Shown: in pieces, positions 58,323 to 64,000 of the stretch | Layout: each line of letters starts with the position of its first letter | Position numbering within the stretch: position 1 is the first letter of the stretch | From: a virus | IMG/VR virus record: IMGVR_UViG_3300020478_000004 | Span: 32,001 to 96,000 of that record | Reading direction: 5' to 3' (one strand) | Length of the DNA stretch: 64,000 nt | The notes under the pieces: model-generated | What the model was told of the DNA's origin: nothing | The model's input: only the letters and a program-made list of their open reading frames with translations | Databases searched by the model: none | Position numbers and translations under genes: made by a program

Positions 58323-58546
58323 TATGCACCGCCATCATCTTTGTGTACAGCATGACCATCTTTACGACCATCTTCTTCTACTTTACGTTCAGGTCCTTCA
58401 CCTTTAAGACTAGCGGCTAAAAAACTTGCGGCCGCTAACATAGGTATAGTATATACCATCTTTTCTGTAAAAAAAGCTACAGCATAAGTTGGTACTAAGA
58501 CTACTAATCCTTGTAAAAGGGCTATACGTATATTACTTATTTTCAT
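58322..58546 (-). CDS. Small two-TM membrane protein
   Basis: Two hydrophobic segments and a charged tail. Confidence 0.55.
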   Translation of the reverse strand: MKISNIRIALLQGLVVLVPTYAVAFFTEKMVYTIPMLAAASFLAASLKGEGPERKVEEDGRKDGHAVHKDDGGA

Positions 58547-58629
58547 AATTTATCTAACAATTTTTGCAACTTATAACCCATTAACCATACAAAGTTATAT
58601 ATTTTAGCTTTAATAATCCATAGTTTCAT
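58543..58629 (-). CDS. 28-aa peptide (absent from the ORF track)
   Basis: ATG 4 nt after late ATAAATA (58634-58640, minus strand); ATGA overlap with the next gene. Confidence 0.4.
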   Translation of the reverse strand: MKLWIIKAKIYNFVWLMGYKLQKLLDKL

Positions 58630-58641
58630 ATTATATTTATT

Positions 58642-58905
58642 CTACCCTATACTGCCGGCATCTTCGATATAATCCACTACTTTCTTTTTATTAGGCGGAA
58701 TAAACGACTCATATGCGTTAGATTGTTGTAGCTGTTTAATAAGAACATCTTTGTTCTCTAAATCTTCACGTAATTTAGAAATAGTAGCATTACTCAATCC
58801 AAGTTCTGATTCTAGGTTACTAATCTTTCCATCACGTACTTGTAATTGAGATTCTAAAATTGCGATTTGTGTCATAAGCATTGACTCGTTATCTTGAGTC
58901 CACAT
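58642..58905 (-). CDS. Coiled-coil hypothetical protein
   Basis: Heptad pattern; AGGAG SD before ATG 58905. Confidence 0.55.
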   Translation of the reverse strand: MWTQDNESMLMTQIAILESQLQVRDGKISNLESELGLSNATISKLREDLENKDVLIKQLQQSNAYESFIPPNKKKVVDYIEDAGSIG

Positions 58906-59013
58906 CTCTTTTCTCCTTTGTACAAGCCCACTTATCAACCCAAGACATTATGGGATTATTTGTAAAAACAATCAAAATATACAGTGGTGCTAATATAAAA
59001 ATTAAATATTCCA

Positions 59014-59208
59014 TTAAGCGTATATGTTTACCATACTCCCTTTACCAACCTCAGGCACTACGGGAGCAGAAGCAGAAGCAGGTCCAGGGGCTGGTGTATT
59101 CATAGTACCTGATAACTGCTCTGTCATGTTTTCGCCAACAAATCTATCTTGTTGGATAGGTGCTGAGTTTAATGGTTGTGCTGTTGAACTTAACCCTGTT
59201 ACTTCCAT
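59014..59208 (-). CDS. Small Pro/Ala-rich hypothetical protein
   Basis: AGGAG SD; ends KGSMVNIYA. Confidence 0.5.
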   Translation of the reverse strand: MEVTGLSSTAQPLNSAPIQQDRFVGENMTEQLSGTMNTPAPGPASASAPVVPEVGKGSMVNIYA

Positions 59209-59379
59209 GCCCTCTCCTATATTTGATTAACTGCCCAAATAATACCAATTAAAAATACTATCCAACCTATGATAATTACTTTAGTTCGTTTACTCATAGG
59301 CTTTTCTTTTTCATTCTGTTTAGCAATTCTACTATAATGATCTTCGCAATTACCCCATCCCATAATTGCCTCCTCTCGG

Positions 59380-59676
59380 TTACGTCATACTCTTGGCAAT
59401 AAATTCACACCCTTTTATTACCCCATCTACGAATTCTCGTTCTGTATCAAATTTCTCGTGACACGTATTAAAACTAACTTTCATCGAAGTTCCATTATCA
59501 ACCATATAATGATTTGCTTCTACTCTAGTTCTACCTAATTCTACAGTATTTGATTCGCAAGTAATTACAGACTCACACCAATCACGGAGTTGATTTGCAA
59601 TTGCAACTGCGTGTAATAACGGTATTCGTACGTAATATGTTTTGACTAATGGATTTCCGGTTAAGGAACACTCCAT
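59380..59676 (-). CDS. Hypothetical protein
   Basis: ORF in the minus-strand block. Confidence 0.5.
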   Translation of the reverse strand: MECSLTGNPLVKTYYVRIPLLHAVAIANQLRDWCESVITCESNTVELGRTRVEANHYMVDNGTSMKVSFNTCHEKFDTEREFVDGVIKGCEFIAKSMT

Positions 59677-59694
59677 AACTAGCCCCTTAAAGAA

Positions 59695-60306
59695 TTATAT
59701 ATCGGTAGATTTATAGTCTTTATCGACCACGCACATAACCATATGAATTCTGTCTGCTTCACTACCATTAAATTGCGAATGATAAAAACGTGTATCAGTA
59801 AACCAGCAAGTTCCAGTTTTCATATGATGTACTTCATCTTCGATAATCATTTTTGATCCAATTAACGTTCTTATAGGAACGTGTATTCTTGGCTCTGGAT
59901 CACGATGCCAAGACAAAGCTCTTCGTGGACTAGATAGTACTAAACGTACTCTACCAATTCTCCAGTCCGCTGAAATTGTATCATAAACTTCTTTAAAATA
60001 TGTATGAGCAAACTCTGGAATAAACTTTGTATACTCACTTTCGCATATATCTTGTAAACGACTTACTTCTTTACCGGTAGCATCAAACGTATCATAATGC
60101 CCGCCAAGTCCTCCACGAAATGCTTTTTCTTCTTCTTCTTTTTCTGTTAAACAAATTTGTGGAGAGTAAATATCGTTTCTTCCAAACTTGTTTACATTCC
60201 CTCCTGACATCTTATCGCCCCAGGGGCATATTTGCAAGACATCATGCATACCTTGTTCTAGCTTTTCAGCATCGAACTCGTACGTTAATTTTTTAAAATA
60301 CTTCAC
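59695..60306 (-). CDS. Aspartyl/asparaginyl beta-hydroxylase-like 2OG-Fe(II) oxygenase
   Basis: GRVRL, WHRD, RIHVPI.T, H..FNGS...RIH. Confidence 0.75.
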   Translation of the reverse strand: MKYFKKLTYEFDAEKLEQGMHDVLQICPWGDKMSGGNVNKFGRNDIYSPQICLTEKEEEEKAFRGGLGGHYDTFDATGKEVSRLQDICESEYTKFIPEFAHTYFKEVYDTISADWRIGRVRLVLSSPRRALSWHRDPEPRIHVPIRTLIGSKMIIEDEVHHMKTGTCWFTDTRFYHSQFNGSEADRIHMVMCVVDKDYKSTDI

Positions 60307-60448
60307 GAAACATATTACCTATTGCCATTTTTACTTGAACATACCAAGGTGCCATGGCTGGACAACCACTTGGCATATTAATCCATATTAAACCTATCAT
60401 GGCTCCAACAACAAACGCTCCCATTCCTACTTTCCAAAATGTTGTCAT
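60293..60448 (-). CDS. Small membrane protein
   Basis: AAGGAG SD; one TM helix. Confidence 0.5.
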   Translation of the reverse strand: MTTFWKVGMGAFVVGAMIGLIWINMPSGCPAMAPWYVQVKMAIGNMFREVF

Positions 60449-60571
60449 GCTATGCTCCTTTAATAAAGTGTAAAGCAACTAAAGTGCCTATAATAAACAC
60501 TATCCAAACTACTGTCATTAATACTCTTTCTTTAGTCTTTGACTTAAAAAGATAATGATGTTCTTGCATTG

Positions 60572-61693
60572 TTATTTCATTATAAACATACTTCCAAACG
60601 TTGTTTCGATTGCGTCATTTAATGAAACGTCTTCTTGTTTATAATAGCCCTTCGGTTTAAGTTTACCCTTTAAAAATAATTCAACCATTGTTAATAATCC
60701 TGATGCTGTAGTTAACTCTATTGCTGTATAATATCTGCCGTTTTCTCTAATAGGATAAAAGAATTTTTTATAACATCTTTCTTTATGGTTACCGTTTTCG
60801 TCCCATCCACCAACTACAACATAAATGATTACAAGATCACGTCTTGTAGTTGATACACCTCGTTTAATAATGTCAATTAATTCATTTTTAGGAATTCTTA
60901 AATCATTCATTAAAAAGTCTATAAGGTTATGATGTCCTTTATATCTTATTGTTTTATAATTTAAATCTACATTTTCAAATCGTTCATATGGGTGAGAATT
61001 AGATATTGTTTTTGCAAACGACCCTAACCCTCCACTTGTATTAAATGCTTCATATGTATTACCGTCAATCATTAATTCTTCATATCCTGTAAGTGTTGGC
61101 ACTTTATAATAGCTTCCATTTCTAACAATTTCACAGTCGCCACTATATTCATTTATTAATCCATCGGGGCTCCACATCAAATGATACTTTAATTTATTAG
61201 TAGAATCTTGTGATAATGAACCTACACGTATTTTAATATAATCAACCTTTTCCATATCATGCATTAGATGGTTAGCAATTACTGTACTCATGCCAGGTGC
61301 TAACCCACAATGTGGCATTGTAAATGGTAATGGTTTGTTTAGATCAATGTTATGAATAAAGTCATTTAATTCAGCATCTTCTGAGAAATCAAAATAAGGA
61401 ATGTTATGTTCCAAACAAGCACTATATATAACTACATTTTCAGTATATGGAAGTGCATTAATAACAAGTGTTTTATCAGCTATAAACATCTTAAGCATAT
61501 TATTGTTAGTGCCCGGATGTCTAGTATCTATTTGTTGATAGTGTTCTTCAGCAATTGCTTTAGGATGGAGGTCTTTATAATCACGCATATCCGCTACTGT
61601 AACGCTGTATGTTGTACGATCTCTTAATAGATCGTATACAGCACTACCTATAGCGCCTGCTCCAAATATTGCAATTTTGACTTGATCGGACAT
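60572..61693 (-). CDS. Saccharopine dehydrogenase / lysine 6-dehydrogenase family oxidoreductase
   Basis: GAGAIG, INALPY, CGLAPG, WSPDGLINEY, EAFNTSGG, YKTIRY.GH. Confidence 0.85.
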   Translation of the reverse strand: MSDQVKIAIFGAGAIGSAVYDLLRDRTTYSVTVADMRDYKDLHPKAIAEEHYQQIDTRHPGTNNNMLKMFIADKTLVINALPYTENVVIYSACLEHNIPYFDFSEDAELNDFIHNIDLNKPLPFTMPHCGLAPGMSTVIANHLMHDMEKVDYIKIRVGSLSQDSTNKLKYHLMWSPDGLINEYSGDCEIVRNGSYYKVPTLTGYEELMIDGNTYEAFNTSGGLGSFAKTISNSHPYERFENVDLNYKTIRYKGHHNLIDFLMNDLRIPKNELIDIIKRGVSTTRRDLVIIYVVVGGWDENGNHKERCYKKFFYPIRENGRYYTAIELTTASGLLTMVELFLKGKLKPKGYYKQEDVSLNDAIETTFGSMFIMK

Positions 61694-61704
61694 AGTATTA
61701 TTAC

Positions 61705-62553
61705 TTATCTAGCAAAGTACTCCTTTAGGATATTAATACCTACAAATTTAAGATTCTTAAACTCCATTAAACGTCTTGTTACATAGGGCATCCAATTATC
61801 ACCATACGGCACGTATGTTCTAACTTTATACCCATCTTCTAATAATCGTTTAGCTAAATCTCTTCTAATACCAAATAACATCTCAAAATAAAACTTTGTT
61901 TTACAAGCATATTGAGTAGCTAATTCTTTTATGTTTTCAATAAGGTATTCGTCATGTGTTGCTAATGATACTAATTCTTGTTGATAACTTTTATGATAAA
62001 AATATCCGCTTCTAAATAATTCCTCTACTAACTCTAAGTACGCAAACCTTATTTTAGTCATATTCGTTATATCGCCTTTGTATGCTCCTTTACATATTCT
62101 TACTCTACGAAACCTTTCAATTACATCAGCTAAATCAGTATATGACCGTTCCATATTAGCTTGTAGCACAATACCTACATCATTAAAACAACGGGAAAAT
62201 TTTATCGTATCATCAATTAAGTCTGCCTTTTCCATATCAAATTTAATTTTAATTCTTGGATTATCTTTTATTGCATTAACTATTTGTTCTACAGGCTCTT
62301 TCCATTGATATGGTGCATTACCAAATTGACTTAACTTAATTGATATTTCATATTGTCTAACAGCCCACGTACCTTTTAGATAATCAATTAAATGTAAATA
62401 TTCTGTTAAGTTTTTTAATCTTTGTAAATCTGTAGTAGCAGTTTCACCTACATAATTAATAGTTACTAAATCATAATAAACAATATTATGTATCATAGAC
62501 TTAACATCATCGCCTGCTATAAATCTTTTAGCCAACGGATATAATAGTTTCAT
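61705..62553 (-). CDS. Monofunctional proline dehydrogenase (PRODH)
   Basis: RFIAG, SIKLSQFG, DME, GIVLQA, RICKGAY, ATHD, MLFGIR, YVPYG..W.PY..RRL.E. Confidence 0.88.
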   Translation of the reverse strand: MKLLYPLAKRFIAGDDVKSMIHNIVYYDLVTINYVGETATTDLQRLKNLTEYLHLIDYLKGTWAVRQYEISIKLSQFGNAPYQWKEPVEQIVNAIKDNPRIKIKFDMEKADLIDDTIKFSRCFNDVGIVLQANMERSYTDLADVIERFRRVRICKGAYKGDITNMTKIRFAYLELVEELFRSGYFYHKSYQQELVSLATHDEYLIENIKELATQYACKTKFYFEMLFGIRRDLAKRLLEDGYKVRTYVPYGDNWMPYVTRRLMEFKNLKFVGINILKEYFAR

Positions 62554-63029
62554 TATCTCACTTCTTTAAAATATTTTAATTCGTTTTCCATTACACCAAA
62601 TTTTAATTGCATATCTTTTAATGGAATATCCCAATCTTCTTTATGCCAGGGCCATTCGCCTATACGTTTAACACCTTTACGAGTTTTTCCATAATAAAAC
62701 CCTCTTTGAAATATTTGTATTTGTTCTTTTGTAAATTTATTTTCTTCTGGATATAAGTAACGTGAAATGAATTTAAATAATGTTACTTCCCAACTTTTAA
62801 TTCGATCGTCTGTACCCATAGTGAATCCGATTACAAATGCTTCTGAATCATTTGATTGATCACACTCTAGTAATACGTGAACAGCATCATGATCACGTAG
62901 ACTAGCTGACCCGTGTAAACAAAATGGAGACATTGGATTCTCCATTAACCATATCATGAAAGGTATTGCCTCTGGCTCTACCGTTTTGTATCCTTGCATG
63001 AACCTTTCGAATGCCTGACGAAAAGTCAT
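62553..63029 (-). CDS. Coq4-like metal-binding protein
   Basis: HDAVHVLL...EAFVIGF (HDxxH...E). Confidence 0.5.
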   Translation of the reverse strand: MTFRQAFERFMQGYKTVEPEAIPFMIWLMENPMSPFCLHGSASLRDHDAVHVLLECDQSNDSEAFVIGFTMGTDDRIKSWEVTLFKFISRYLYPEENKFTKEQIQIFQRGFYYGKTRKGVKRIGEWPWHKEDWDIPLKDMQLKFGVMENELKYFKEVR

Positions 63030-63042
63030 AACTTACCCTCTT

Positions 63043-63321
63043 TTATAAAAACAACATTTTGTATATTCCAAACAATGTAACACATATAACGATTATATTT
63101 AACACTACTAAATTAATACTTTGTCGCATATAAGCATTAACTGAATGTAATAAAGATCCAGCAAGTGTTAAAAGGAACACAAGCATGACTTTAGCATCAT
63201 CGCCAAACCATGCTAGTACAACATAAACAGATATAAAACATAATGCACCGGCTGTTTCTATTACTAGTCTTACTCTGTTATTTTCCCAGTCATCTTTTAA
63301 CCATTGCTGGATACTTTTCAA
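63043..63321 (-). CDS. Small membrane protein with about 3 TM helices
   Basis: Three hydrophobic segments. Confidence 0.55.
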   Translation of the reverse strand: MKSIQQWLKDDWENNRVRLVIETAGALCFISVYVVLAWFGDDAKVMLVFLLTLAGSLLHSVNAYMRQSINLVVLNIIVICVTLFGIYKMLFL

Positions 63322-63713
63322 ATACTGTCTCCGTCGGGTTTAGGAGCAAATAATTTTGCTCTGTTACCGCCAACAATACAAGCTAAATCTTTATGCTTAT
63401 AGAAAAATACAATAGCCCATGTGTCGTTATTTGGATTCATCCACATTTCAACAGACATAAGCTCTTTATAGAATTCGTTATGCACTAGTCCTTCCATGGC
63501 TTTATGCATTTTATAATCACTTTCTGCCATCTCACGCATTTTATCTCTAGTATCACAATACGTAAGAATATTATCTAACTTTTTTAAGTTAGGTTCGTGC
63601 TCTTGACTTTCGTGTGCTTTAGCTGAATTCATACTACATAAAGTTATAGCACACATAATGACAAATAAGAATAATAATCTAAAAAAACCTATATTAGGTT
63701 TATACATTGTCAT
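63318..63713 (-). CDS. Hypothetical exported protein
   Basis: Signal-peptide-like N-terminus (AKA-H). Confidence 0.55.
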   Translation of the reverse strand: MTMYKPNIGFFRLLFLFVIMCAITLCSMNSAKAHESQEHEPNLKKLDNILTYCDTRDKMREMAESDYKMHKAMEGLVHNEFYKELMSVEMWMNPNNDTWAIVFFYKHKDLACIVGGNRAKLFAPKPDGDSI

Positions 63714-63714
63714 T

Positions 63715-63924
63715 TTACCTCCTTTCTTCTAAGAGTTGCTCAGAGCCTTTATTAACAATCATGGAACAAGGCATCCATACCTGTTCTTTTGCATGATAGT
63801 GAATATTTGATCCACAGTCTAAAAACTCAGCGGCCTGTAATGCTTTTTGCGGAGTATTATACGTATGATCAAAAATATTATCTGAATCTATTACTCCATC
63901 TGGAACATAACGCTTTAATTCCAA
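63715..63924 (-). CDS. Small hypothetical protein
   Basis: GGAGG SD upstream; A..A...L.C...H.H.....WMPC pattern. Confidence 0.5.
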   Translation of the reverse strand: MELKRYVPDGVIDSDNIFDHTYNTPQKALQAAEFLDCGSNIHYHAKEQVWMPCSMIVNKGSEQLLEERR

Positions 63925-64000
63925 ATGTTTACCTCCATGGGAACCTTCAGGAAATGGTATTTCTCCAGGAACAGTACCTGGTATTTCTCCACCTTGTCCT

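Noticed and set aside
2317-62308. Many short nested or antisense ORFs in the track (e.g. 2317, 7376, 14314, 14812, 19801, 21700, 22499, 29253, 31367, 38698, 57988)
   Set aside because: They lie within or opposite well-supported genes, lack SDs or motifs, and look like shadow frames.
1-64000. Stop-codon reassignment, as seen in some large phages
   Set aside because: Core genes are full length under code 11, and TAA, TAG and TGA all end genes at expected positions.

Overview
This AT-rich window comes from a large, T4-related myovirus (probably a jumbo phage). Low GC, a proteobacterial-looking ClpP and the accessory gene set suggest an aquatic proteobacterial host, but that is inference. The standard genetic code fits throughout. 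Contents, in order: (i) the 3' part of a giant repeat-rich virion protein; (ii) a minus-strand operon running from neck/tail-completion genes into NUDIX, HldE, a methyltransferase, HldD, a cupin and a 2OG-Fe(II) oxygenase; (iii) neck, dNMP kinase, tail sheath, tail tube, gp4-like head completion nuclease and terminase genes; (iv) gp32-like SSB, UvsX, UvsY and a peroxiredoxin; (v) a glycan-modification island; (vi) UvsW, many 2OG-Fe(II) oxygenases and methyltransferases, a gp62-like clamp-loader subunit, a 196-aa miniature DnaE core, primase, ClpP, a half carbamoyltransferase and a DnaB/gp41 helicase; (vii) an asparagine module; (viii) a minus-strand accessory block with proline dehydrogenase and a saccharopine/lysine-dehydrogenase-like gene. 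Both sigma70 promoters and T4-type late (A)TAAATA promoters are visible, and many sit only 4-10 nt from an ATG, which implies widespread leaderless mRNAs. The best candidate for an undescribed system is the asparagine module at 56172-57465. It has a late promoter, an Asn-rich upstream ORF, a class IIb aaRS-like catalytic domain with no anticodon-binding domain and two intragenic terminator-like hairpins, and an atypical GUU tRNA with a long variable arm and U37. All product calls rest on motif recognition by eye; no database searches were run.
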